NCBI GenBank assembly: GCA_963743815.1 | Contig: CAVURB010000010.1 | Span: forward strand, 134,099-198,098 | DNA length: 64,000 nt | Direction of reading: 5' to 3' | Source: an uncultured Chloroflexia bacterium | GTDB taxonomy: Bacteria > Chloroflexota > Limnocylindria > Limnocylindrales > CSP1-4 | Shown here: piece by piece, positions 20,810 through 30,492 of the stretch | Numbering within the stretch: the stretch's first letter is position 1 | How the letters are laid out: each line of letters opens with the position of its first letter | Position numbers and translations under genes: made by a program | Notes under the pieces: model-generated | Told to the model about the DNA's origin: nothing | The model's input: the letters and a program-made list of their open reading frames with translations, nothing else | The model's database searches: none

Positions 20810-22167
20810 GTGATGTCGGTGAACGAGCGGGATCCTCAGGGGCCGGGAGCGAGCACCACGGCCGCGGACCTCGATGGTCGACCGACGGCACGGCTGGGCC
20901 GCGCCCAGCTCTTCCAGATCTCCGCCTTCTGGTTCGCGCTCAACGCGATCTGGGGCGCCTTCGAGATCTTCCAGCAGAAGCGCGTCATCCAGCTCGTCGG
21001 TGACGGCGCTCCGCTCGCCCTGGGAGCGATGGAGTTCATCGCCCTTCCGATCGCCATCCTCACGATGCCGATGATGGGCTCGATCTCCGACTACACGACG
21101 ACGCGATGGGGGCGCCGCAAGCCGTTCATCCTCACCGGCTCGCTCACGGCCGCTGTCGCCATCGTCGGCCTCGCCCTCGCTCCGTCCTTTCCGTCGCTGA
21201 TCGCGGCCTTCGTGCTCCTCCAGCTCACCTCGAACATCGCCCGCGGTCCGTTCGCCGGGTGCGTGCCCGACCTCGTGCCCGAGGAGCAGGTCGGGATCGC
21301 GAGTGGCCTGATGGGCCTGATGATCACCCTCGGGCCTGGTCGGCGGGCTACCTGCTGATCATGACCGGGTATCTCCTTGGCGAGGACTTCACCCTTCCGA
21401 TGATCGCGCTGGGGCTGCTCGTCGCCCTGGCGGGGATCGGCACGTTCCTCTGGATCCCGACAGGCCCGCACGGCAAGCCACGCGAGGGCCGCACGTGGGC
21501 AAGGATCGCGCTCGAGACGTTCGGGACGGACATCCTGCGCGAGCGGAGCTACGTGTTCCTGCTGGGATCCCGGTTCTTCATGATGATGGCCACGAGCTTC
21601 TTCATGAACCTGAACATCCTGTACATGGAACGGACCTTCGGGCTGGTCGGGTCCGAGCAGGGGGTGTGGGTCCTGGTCGCCCTGGGGATCGCGGTCGGGG
21701 CGACCGCCCTGGGCACGATCCCTGGTGCCAGGCTTTCCGACCGGGTCGGCCGCAAGCCCGTCATCTACGCCAGCGCGATCGTCGGTGCGGTCGGGATGGG
21801 GGTCATCGGGCTCGCCCCGATCATCGAGGTGGCGATGGTCGGGATCGGTCTGGTCGGGCTTGCGGGCGGCGCCTTCCTGGCGGTCGACTGGGCGCTGATG
21901 ACCGACATCATCCCCAAGGCCTCGGCCGGCCGGTACATGGGCCTGAGCAACGTCGTGGAGGCCACCAACGGGCCTACCGCGACGACCGTGGGTGGCGCGA
22001 TCATGACGGTCGTGGGGCTGGCGCTCGGCCAGGCGATCGGCGCCCGTGCGGCGATGCTCGCGGCGGTCGCGATGTTCGCCCTTGGCGCGCTGCTGCTCAC
22101 GCGGGTCGTGGAGCCGCATCGCTCCCGCACGGCCTCGCCCGTGGCCGGCGCGCCGATCCCGGTCTGA
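20810..22167 (+). CDS. MFS transporter (apparent frameshift near 21345)
   Basis: 12-TM MFS-like hydrophobic profile over two frames (20810..21358 and 21106..22167). Confidence 0.7.
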
Positions 22168-22226
22168 CACCCCAGCCCGGCCCACCGGCCGGACTGCCCG
22201 CGCGCGTCCCGTGCCATCATCGGGGC

Positions 22227-24049
22227 ATGACCCAGCAGTTCGCCCGCGTGCCCGTCGATGCCGGCGATGTCGTCCGCGAGGTCCGCGGCTTCGGTGGCGT
22301 GCCGTGGCAGCGCCTGTTCCGCTACCTGCGACCGCACCTGGCGCCGTTCTCGGTCGCGATCGTCGGGCTGCTGATCAGCTCGGGGGTCGGGCTCGCCTTC
22401 CCGCTCGTGATCGCCGGCATCACCTCGCAGGTCGTCGCCGGCGGCGACCCCGCCGGCCTCGATTCGCTCATCGTCATGCTCGTCGTGCTGTTCTGCGTGC
22501 AGGCGGTCGGCGGGTTCGTCCAGACGTGGCTGCTCGGCGTCGTGGGGGAGCGGGTCGTCGCCCAGCTCCGCGGCGAGCTGTACGGGCGCCTGGTGACGCT
22601 CTCGCTCGACTTCCACGGCCAGCATCGGGTGGGCGAGCTCGTGTCGCGCCTCTCGAGCGACGTGACCCTCGTCCGCACGATGCTCACCCAGACCGTCACG
22701 AGCCTGCTGTCGTCGCTGATCGGGCTCATCGGCTCGGTGATCATCCTGTTCACGCTCAGCCCGACGCTGCTGCTCGTGGTCCTCCTCCTGGCACCGGCGC
22801 TGATCGTGGTGGCGATCGTGTTCGGACGCCCGCTGCAGCGCGTCAGCACGCAGGTCCAGGACACGATCGCGCGCAGCACGACGACGGCGGAGGAGGTCAT
22901 CTCCGGGATCCGGGTGGTCAAGAGCTACGTCCGCGAGGACTGGGAGCTCCAGCGCTACGACGCGGACCTGCGCAGCGTGGTCACGGCCGGGTCGCGCCTC
23001 GCGCTGTGGCGGGCCGGGCTTCGGGGCGCTGATGGGGTTCCTGGGCTTCGGGGCCATCGCCCTGCTGCTCTGGTACACCGGTCACCAGGTCATCGACGGC
23101 ACGCTCGGGGTGGGGACCCTGACGGGGTTCCTGCTGTACGGCGTGGCCATCGGGGCGAGTCTGGGGACGATCGCGAGCCTGTACGGGCAGTTCCGCGAGG
23201 GGACCGGCGCGGTCCAGCGCGTGTTCGAGATCATCGACACGCAGGCCCACCATCCTCGACGCGCCGGATGCCGCGCCGATCGGCGAGGTCGCGGGGCGCA
23301 TCCGGTTCGAGGGCGTCACGTTCGGCTACGACCCCGAGCGACCCGTCCTGCGCGATATCGACCTCGACATCGGGGCAGGGGAGAGCGTCGCCCTGGTCGG
23401 CCCGTCCGGTTCGGGCAAGACCACGCTCGTCGGGCTGATCCCGCGGCTCTGGGACGTCCGCTCGGGCGTCATCCGCGTCGATGACATCGATATCCGTGAC
23501 GTGACCGTGGCGAGCCTGCGCGAGCGGATCGGCCTCGTCGCCCAGGAGGCGACGCTGTTCGGCGGGCACGGTCGCCGAGAACATCCGCTACGGACGCCTC
23601 GACGCGACGGACGAGGAGCTCGCGGACGCGGCCCGCGCGGCCAACGCCCACGAGTTCATCACGCGCGCTGCCCGGACGGGTACGACACGGTCGTCGGCGA
23701 TCGCGGGATGCGCCTGTCGGGCGGCCAGCGCCAGCGCGTGGCGATCGCCCGGGCCATCCTCAAGGACCCGCCCATCCTGCTGCTCGACGAGGCGACGAGC
23801 TCGCTCGACAACGAGTCGGAGCGGCTCGTCCAGGAAGCGCTCGACCGCCTGAAGGTCGGGCGGACGACGATCATCGTGGCGCATCGGCTGTCCACGATCC
23901 GCGAGGCGGACCGGATCGCCGTGCTCGACGACGGCTGGCTCGTGGAGCTCGGCACGCAGGACGAACTGCTGGCGCGCGATGGCCTGTACGCGCGCCTCCA
24001 TCGGCTCCAGTTCGCCGTCGCCGACGCCGATGCACTGATATCGATGTGA
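22227..24049 (+). CDS. ABC transporter, fused permease/ATP-binding exporter (MsbA-like); several apparent frameshifts
   Basis: 6-TM exporter domain, Walker A GPSGSGKTT, signature LSGGQRQRVAIARA, Walker B ILLLDEATS; frames switch at ~22990, ~23210, ~23570, ~23680. Confidence 0.8.
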
Positions 24050-24060
24050 TATCATCCTGA

Positions 24061-24081
24061 CGTGCGACGAAGGGGTTCGCA
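24061..24081 (+). terminator. Hairpin GTGCGA-cgaaggggt-TCGCAC between ABC exporter and SPFH gene
   Basis: 6-bp perfect stem just upstream of the AAGGAG RBS of the SPFH gene; terminator/attenuator candidate. Confidence 0.3.
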
Positions 24082-24094
24082 CGAAAGGAGTCCC

Positions 24095-24998
24095 ATGAAC
24101 ACGGAGCGCACCGGCTGGTCCCTGCCGGGTATCCCCACCTTCATCGTCCTGCTCGTGGCGTCGATCGCCCTGGGCATCGCCGGCATCTGGTACGTCATCG
24201 CCGTCATGATCCCGGCGGGGGAGGGCATCGGCTGGGCTCGAGATCCTCGGGTTCATCGCCCTGCTGCTGGCGTTCATCGGCGTGCTTGCCATGTTCAGCG
24301 GCCTGACACCGGTCAACCCCAACGAGGCGCGCGCGCTCGTGCTGTTCGGCCACTACGACGGCACGGTCCGCAAGCAGGGCCTGCAGTGGGTCAACCCGTT
24401 CACCGAGCGGCGCCGGATCTCCGTCCGCGTGCGCAACTTCGAGACCTCGCGGCTCAAGGTCAACGACCACGACGGCAACCCGATCGAGATCGCCGCGGTC
24501 GTCGTCTGGAAGGTCACCGATACCGCGGAAGCGCTGTTCGAGGTCGACGACTACGAGAACTTCGTCCATGTCCAGGCCGAGTCGGCGCTGCGCAACCTCG
24601 CGATGACCCACCCGTACGACACGCACATCGAGGGCGAGATGGCCCTCCGCTCGAACCCGGTCGAAGTCGCCGCGCAGTTGCGCATCGAGATCCAGGATCG
24701 GCTCGAGACCGCCGGCGTCGAGGTCATCGAGGCCCGGATCAGTCACCTCGCCTACGCCGCGGAGATCGCCAACGCGATGCTGCGGCGCCAGCAGGCGAAC
24801 GCCGTCATCGCCGCCCGCACCCGGATCGTGGAGGGGGCGGTGAGCATGGTCGAGATGGCGCTCGAACAGCTCTCGACCAAGAACATCGTGGAGCTCGACA
24901 ACGAGCGCAAGGCACAGATGGTGAGCAACCTGCTCGTGGTGCTGTGCTCGGAGCACGAGACGCAGCCCGTCGTCAACACGGGAACGCTCTACGCGTAG
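24095..24998 (+). CDS. SPFH/band-7 (stomatin/prohibitin-like) domain protein (apparent frameshift near 24237)
   Basis: N-terminal TM then SPFH domain (…[30 protein letters not shown]…). Confidence 0.75.
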
Positions 24999-25043
24999 GG
25001 GAGGGGTGCCGGCGTTCCGGCCGGCACCGGGTCCCCTGCCACG

Positions 25044-25262
25044 GTGCCACTGATGGCCGAACGCAAGCCGTTCCTCCTGCGGCTCGACCCCGAGACCTTC
25101 GAGGCCCTGCAACGCTGGGCCGCCGACGACCTGCGCAGCATGAACAGCCAGGTGGAGTTCCTGTTGCGTCGGGCGCTGGCGGATTCCGGACGGCTGGGAG
25201 GCCGGGGCTCCGCGCGACCTGGCCGTCCAGCCCCACCCGCGCGCACCGACGGGTCGCCCTAG
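25044..25262 (+). CDS. Arc/MetJ-type ribbon-helix-helix DNA-binding protein
   Basis: KPFLLRLDPETFEALQRWAADDLRSMNSQVEFLLRRAL matches the Arc-like RHH domain common downstream of SPFH genes. Confidence 0.65.
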   Translation: MPLMAERKPFLLRLDPETFEALQRWAADDLRSMNSQVEFLLRRALADSGRLGGRGSARPGRPAPPARTDGSP

Positions 25263-25359
25263 TACGGCATCAGGCCGGCCATCGAACCATTCGCTCTTCC
25301 ATCGACTCGTACCTTGTAGAGCGTCCCACCCGGGGACGCCCGACGGAGGGAGCGACTCG

Positions 25360-25920
25360 GTGGATCGAGCGCTCGTGGAGTTGGCCCAACACGGTGACGA
25401 GGAAGCGTTCGCCAGCCTGATGCGCATGGCTGGCGATCGGCTGATGGCCGTCGCGTATCGGATCCTGCGCGACGTCGATCGAGCCGAGGACGCGGTCCAG
25501 CAGACCATCGTCACCGCGTGGCGCGAACTCCCCAAGCTTCGCGACACGGATCGCTTCTCCGGTTGGCTCTACCGTGTCCTCGTCCACGCCTGCTATGCCG
25601 AAACGCGGCGAAGCCGACGGATGGACGTGCGCATCCACGCGCTGCCGGTCGACCCCGGTGGCGGCACCGACGACTTCCTCTCGGTCGAGGACCGCGACGA
25701 ACTCGAGCGGGCGTTCCGGCGCCTGCCGGCAGAGCAGCGGGTGGTCTTCGTCCTGCACCACTACCTCGGGATGCGCCATGCCGAGATCGCCGAGACGCTC
25801 GACGTCCCGGTCGGCACGGTCAAGTCCCGCATCCACTACGCGTCGGCGACGCTGCGGGCGGCCCTCGAGGCCGACGCTCGGCCGACGTCGACCACCTCGA
25901 GTGGGGAGCGGCTGGCATGA
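25360..25920 (+). CDS. ECF-type RNA polymerase sigma-70 factor
   Basis: Region 2 (DAVQQTIVTAWR…FSGWLYRV) and region 4 (LPAEQRVVFVLHHYLGMRHAEIAETLDVPVGTVKSRI); GTG start with GGAGGG RBS. Confidence 0.85.
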   Translation: MDRALVELAQHGDEEAFASLMRMAGDRLMAVAYRILRDVDRAEDAVQQTIVTAWRELPKLRDTDRFSGWLYRVLVHACYAETRRSRRMDVRIHALPVDPGGGTDDFLSVEDRDELERAFRRLPAEQRVVFVLHHYLGMRHAEIAETLDVPVGTVKSRIHYASATLRAALEADARPTSTTSSGERLA

Positions 25921-26755
25921 ACGAGCGTGCGTTCGATCGGATCGCCGAGGCCTACCTCGCCGATGGCCCGACCGTCCTCGCTGACCGTGTGCTCGACGCT
26001 GCCCTCGGCGAGGTCCACCTGACACGACAACGGCGTGTGCTGGTGCGCGTGCCGTGGAGGTTCCCTGACATGAACACCTTCGCGAAAGTCGCGGTGGCCG
26101 CGGTGGCGATCGTCGCGATCGGCGCCATCGGGCTCAACGTTCTCGGACCCGATGGGAGCGGGACCGGCGGCTTGCCCAGTGCGGTCCCATCGGCCTCGGT
26201 CGCGCCGACGCCGACGGTAGCTCCGACTCCGACTCCGACTCCGACAGCGGCTCCGACCGCACCGCCCCTGACCGGGCAGTTCACGTCCGCCAGACATGGG
26301 TTCTCGATCGCTTACCCGGAAACCTGGTCCACGCGAGCGGCGACCACGCCGTGGACCTCGGGCTACGTCGACTACGGGCACGAGGGTGGCGACATCCTGT
26401 ACGACGCGTCGAGGGAGGCCAGAGCTCTTCCTGGCTCTAGCCTCGCAGCCGCTCGCGGATCGGACTCGCGCGGAGTTCGAGGCCGACGATCTGGCAGGTG
26501 CTGGTCAGCGATGATCCGGCGTCCGACTGCGCGCTGTCGGCCGAGCCGATCACCATCGACGGTGCCGCGGGCGTCATCTGCGGCGACATCGCCCTCGTGA
26601 CGGACGGCGGTCGCGGCTACTTCGTCAAGCTGTACACGTCGGGCGATGAGGCGTGGATCGGTGAGGTGTACGACGACGAGGCGTTCACGTCCATCCTCGC
26701 CACCATGGAGCTCCAGCCGGAGGACGCCGTCGACGCGCCGTCTCCAGCCTCCTGA
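25917..26755 (+). CDS. Membrane-anchored anti-sigma factor candidate (apparent frameshifts near 26400-26500)
   Basis: ATGA overlap with sigma factor stop; single TM (FAKVAVAAVAIVAIGAIGL) and Pro/Thr-rich linker. Confidence 0.55.
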
Positions 26756-26765
26756 TCGGGGATAG

Positions 26766-26798
26766 GGGGTCACCCTTGCCTCCTCAGCGAGGGTGACC
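26766..26798 (+). terminator. Hairpin GGGTCACCC-N15-GGGTGACCC
   Basis: Perfect 9-bp inverted-repeat arms immediately after the anti-sigma stop. Confidence 0.5.
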
Positions 26799-27046
26799 CA
26801 CCTGTGCCGCCCGGAATCGACCGCAGTCAGCTCGAGGCGACCCGCATCCGCAGGACCCAAGTGACACCGATTCCGACGTCCTGCCGCGACACCGAAGGAT
26901 CCCGAACCCGGGCAGCCAACCCGCGAACCGCCGCACGAACGGGTTGCCGAAGCGGGCGCCGAACGCGCGGAGCGGGGTCAGCCGGGTCGTGGTCGAATGC
27001 GTCATCGAGTGCACAGTAGTCCACCCGTCCGTGGCAGGATGGAGAC

Positions 27047-27460
27047 ATGCCATTCCCGGATCGTGACCTCGCGGTCACCAACATCCTGGTCGTGGCCGAC
27101 ATCGCCAGATCGCGAGCGTGGTACCTCGACGTGCTGGGCGCGACGCTCTACGGTGAGTACGGCGGCACGTCGGTCGTGCTGCAACTTGGGACGTCCTGGC
27201 TCCTGCTCGTGAGCGGTGGGGGACCGACCGCCGACAAACCCGCGGTCACGCTGGCGCCGCCGGCCGACCCTGCGGTCCTGGATCACCTCATCACGATGCG
27301 GGTCCAGGACTGCCAGGCAGCGTACGAGGAGCTTCGCGGTCGTGGCGCCGTGTTCCTGACCCCACCCGTGGCGCATGGTCCCGAAACGCGTTGCTTCTTC
27401 CGCGACCCGGACGGCCATCTCTTCGAGATCAGCGAGTACCGGGGTGTCGGCCCGACTTGA
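27047..27460 (+). CDS. VOC family protein (glyoxalase/bleomycin-resistance fold)
   Basis: 137 aa; paired betaalphabetabetabeta-module pattern with metal ligands (H…E) typical of the VOC family. Confidence 0.65.
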   Translation: MPFPDRDLAVTNILVVADIARSRAWYLDVLGATLYGEYGGTSVVLQLGTSWLLLVSGGGPTADKPAVTLAPPADPAVLDHLITMRVQDCQAAYEELRGRGAVFLTPPVAHGPETRCFFRDPDGHLFEISEYRGVGPT

Positions 27461-27493
27461 CTGAGTCGACTGATGTTGTAGTATGCGACAACG

Positions 27494-27745
27494 ATGCTGA
27501 CCGTCCCTGAAGCCGCTCGTCGCGCCGGGCGCAATCCGGAGACCATCCGACGCTGGATCCGCGAGGGGAAGCTCCGTGCTCGCAAGGTAGGCACCCAGCA
27601 CGTCCTCGAAGAGGAGGATCTCGCCGAAGTGCTGCGTGGATCGTCCGACACGATGCCTCTGCCAGAACACTGGAAGCGAGGATTCTGGGGTGGGCCGATG
27701 CCCGATTGGGCTGCCATCGTCCGCGAACAGCGGTCGGAACACTGA
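27494..27745 (+). CDS. HTH (MerR/excisionase-like) antitoxin of a type II TA pair
   Basis: LTVPEAARRAGRNPETIRRWIREGKLRARKVG HTH; stop overlaps start of the downstream PIN gene by 1 nt. Confidence 0.65.
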   Translation: MLTVPEAARRAGRNPETIRRWIREGKLRARKVGTQHVLEEEDLAEVLRGSSDTMPLPEHWKRGFWGGPMPDWAAIVREQRSEH

Positions 27746-28149
27746 TGCCGGCGCTCGTGGTCGACGCGAGTGCCGCCCTTCATGTCGCCCTGTCTGATGG
27801 TCCGACGGCCGAGTTGGAGCGCTTCGAACTCGTCGCTCCGCCTCTGTTCCTGTCGGAGCGAACGTCATCTCTCGCCTCCGCCGCATTTCGTGGCGCGATC
27901 CCGCAGGACGCCGTACTCGACGCCTTCGATCGGCTCGAGGCCATGACCGTGCGGATCCTCGAGACCGACGACGGGCACCGTCGCGCGGCGCTGGCATTGG
28001 CGCGCTCGCTCGGCTGGGCGAAGACCTACGACGCCGAGTACGTCGTCATGGCGCAACGGTTGTCGTGCTCGCTCCTGACGACCGATGTACGCCTGGTGCG
28101 CGGCGCCGCCCACCTGGTCCAGATGCTCGATCCACGGGACTGGACGTAG
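27745..28149 (+). CDS. PIN-domain ribonuclease toxin (VapC-like)
   Basis: MPALVVDASAAL… N-terminal acidic Asp, …LLTTD… conserved PIN acidic residues; 134 aa. Confidence 0.65.
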   Translation: MPALVVDASAALHVALSDGPTAELERFELVAPPLFLSERTSSLASAAFRGAIPQDAVLDAFDRLEAMTVRILETDDGHRRAALALARSLGWAKTYDAEYVVMAQRLSCSLLTTDVRLVRGAAHLVQMLDPRDWT

Positions 28150-28248
28150 GAGCGTGGGAGCGGAGACGCGGGCGCCTGGTCAATTAGTCGACCCCGGGAT
28201 CTGGAACAGACGACAGACCGTCGCCACTGCTGGCCGCAGGGTCCGTCT

Positions 28249-28326
28249 ACTCACTGCCGATAAGGTAAGTTATGTCTGTACAACGTCCACCAGACGTTCC
28301 CGTGCTCGAACGACGCAGGAGTAGAC
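28249..28326. promoter_or_regulatory. Inverted repeat CCGTCTACTC…GAGTAGACTG flanking a lower-GC spacer upstream of the FN3 protein gene
   Basis: 8-9 bp perfect arms about 60 bp apart in the promoter region of 28369. Confidence 0.3.
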
Positions 28327-28368
28327 TGCGTCGACGATCGCTCGTTCGCCCCAGGATGGAGCCAACTG

Positions 28369-30297
28369 ATGTCGACGCCGCGCCGGACCAGCATGCTCGC
28401 CGCTCTGCTTGCAGCGTCACTGGCGCTGACCGGTGTCGGCCTGGTGACAGCCGCCTCGGCGCCGTCCGCGCCGACGGACGTCGCGATCGGGGCGGGCGAC
28501 GGGACGGTCGATGTCGCCTGGCTGCCGGCCGACGACGGGGGCAGCCCCGTGACGTCGTACCACGTGAGCGTGGAGCCCGGCGGCCACGCCGTGGACGTCC
28601 CCGGCGATACCACGAGTGCGTCGGTCGGCGGGTTGCCGAACGACGTCGCGGTCACGGCTACGGTCACTGCGACGAATGCGCTCGGCACGGGGTCCGCGTC
28701 CGCGGCATCTGCGGCGGTGACGCCAAGAGCAGGCGCGTTTGCGCCGTCGGCACAGGTCATCCGTGGATCAGGGCCAGTGACCGTGGGCTACGGTTTTGTT
28801 TCGCCGACGGATCCCGTCGCGACGGTCGCGGCTGGTGAGGCGTCGGCCGGCGTCGCAGTCACACTCGTTGAGACCGCTCCCACCATCGCGCTGCCCAGTG
28901 GCTTCCTGCGACTCGGCGGGCAGGTGGAGCTGACGGGCCTCACCGGCAGTGTCGAAGGGAGCGCGATCCAGCTCGTTCTCACGTTCCGTGACCACGCACT
29001 CCTGGGGCGCCATGCGTCGGGTCTTCGGGTCTTTGACGAGGCCAGCGATGTCGTCCCGAGGTGCGCTGAGTGGGTCGTTCCTGATCCGTGCGTGGATCTT
29101 CAGGAGCCCGAATCGGACGGTTTCTGGGAGGACGCTGGGGGAACGCTGACGATCCTCTCTACGGTCGGCCACAGCTTTGTCTTCGGCTTCGAAGCCGAGG
29201 CTATCGCGCCGAGCGTCACCATCACTACTCCGGCCGTCGACGCGCGCTACAGTCGAGGACAGGTCGTCTACGTCGACTACACCTGCGCCGATGAGCCGGG
29301 CGGTAGTGGGATCGCCGGCTGCACGGCCTGGGACGACCTCGGTCGCGAGTTCCCAGACGGTCGGCTCCTGCCGGCGTTCGACGAGAACCGGATCATCGTC
29401 GTCGGCATCGACCGCGCCGGCAACAGGACGGTCGTCCAGCACTACTATCGGTACGTCGACGACATCGACGAGACCTTCGTCGGGCCGATCACGCTCAGCA
29501 CCGACCCCGGCGGCCTCGGAGCTTCCTCGGACCGCCCCGTCACGACGACGCTGAGTACGCCGCCGACGACCACCAGCGGCCACGTCGTTCTCGACCAGCG
29601 ATCCGCGCCCGACCCGATCGCGGGCTACGAACTCTTGGGCCGATACATGCGGATCGAGGCGGACCTGGTGCCGCTCCCAACGAGCGCGCAACCCATGGCC
29701 ATCGAGTTCCGGATCGACGGACCCGAGATCCCTGATGGCGTGGATCCGATGGACGTCGAGGTCCTTCGGAACGGGGTCGCGGTCCCCCCCTGTCCCGGTT
29801 CGACGGTCGCGGCCCCCGATCCGTGCGTGACGAGCCAGGGCCTGGTCGACGACGACCTCGTCATCCGGGTGCTCACGAGCGCGGCCAGCGACTGGACGTT
29901 CGGCGTCCGGACTGTGGTGCCGTTCGCGTTCGACGGCTTCTACCAGCCGGTGGATGACGATCCGGTCGCTGGTCACCTGCCCGTCAACACGGTCAAGGCC
30001 GGCGCCGCCGTCCCCGTGAAGTTCAGTCTCGGCGGCGACCAGGGATCGGCGATCTTCGGCGCGGGTTCACCGTCGTCGCGCCGCATCGACTGCTCCTCGG
30101 CCGATCCGGACGATGCCATCGAGCAGACCGTCTCCGCGGGCGGCAGCAGCCTCGCGTACGACGCCGCGACGGGCGTCTACACCTACGTCTGGAAGACCGA
30201 CAAGTCGTGGGCGAAGGCGCCGAACGGCCCCTGTCGCCAGCTGTCCGTGACCCTCACGGACGGCTCGGTGCACGTCGCGAACTTCAAGTTCCAATAG
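28369..30297 (+). CDS. Large secreted protein with N-terminal fibronectin type III domain and C-terminal Cys-containing beta-sandwich-like domain
   Basis: Signal peptide; FN3 signature (PSAPTDVAIGAGDGTVDVAWLP…SPVTSYHV); 642 aa; C-terminal PVKFSL…YTYVWKTDK…CRQLSVTLTDGSVHVANFKF. Confidence 0.6.
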   Translation: MSTPRRTSMLAALLAASLALTGVGLVTAASAPSAPTDVAIGAGDGTVDVAWLPADDGGSPVTSYHVSVEPGGHAVDVPGDTTSASVGGLPNDVAVTATVTATNALGTGSASAASAAVTPRAGAFAPSAQVIRGSGPVTVGYGFVSPTDPVATVAAGEASAGVAVTLVETAPTIALPSGFLRLGGQVELTGLTGSVEGSAIQLVLTFRDHALLGRHASGLRVFDEASDVVPRCAEWVVPDPCVDLQEPESDGFWEDAGGTLTILSTVGHSFVFGFEAEAIAPSVTITTPAVDARYSRGQVVYVDYTCADEPGGSGIAGCTAWDDLGREFPDGRLLPAFDENRIIVVGIDRAGNRTVVQHYYRYVDDIDETFVGPITLSTDPGGLGASSDRPVTTTLSTPPTTTSGHVVLDQRSAPDPIAGYELLGRYMRIEADLVPLPTSAQPMAIEFRIDGPEIPDGVDPMDVEVLRNGVAVPPCPGSTVAAPDPCVTSQGLVDDDLVIRVLTSAASDWTFGVRTVVPFAFDGFYQPVDDDPVAGHLPVNTVKAGAAVPVKFSLGGDQGSAIFGAGSPSSRRIDCSSADPDDAIEQTVSAGGSSLAYDAATGVYTYVWKTDKSWAKAPNGPCRQLSVTLTDGSVHVANFKFQ

Positions 30298-30492
30298 TCG
30301 AGGGAGCGGCTCCGTCGGCACGGGCGATGGGGGACGATCCTCGGCCGGTGCTGGTTGGAGGCCCCGTGTTCGATGTCATCGTCGGCTGGGTCGGCATGAC
30401 TCCCCTACCCCGTGGGCGATCCGGACGGTCGATCATTCCGGACCATGCACCAGGCTCGTTGCGGTGACCCAGGCTGTCGCCGTCCAACCGCC

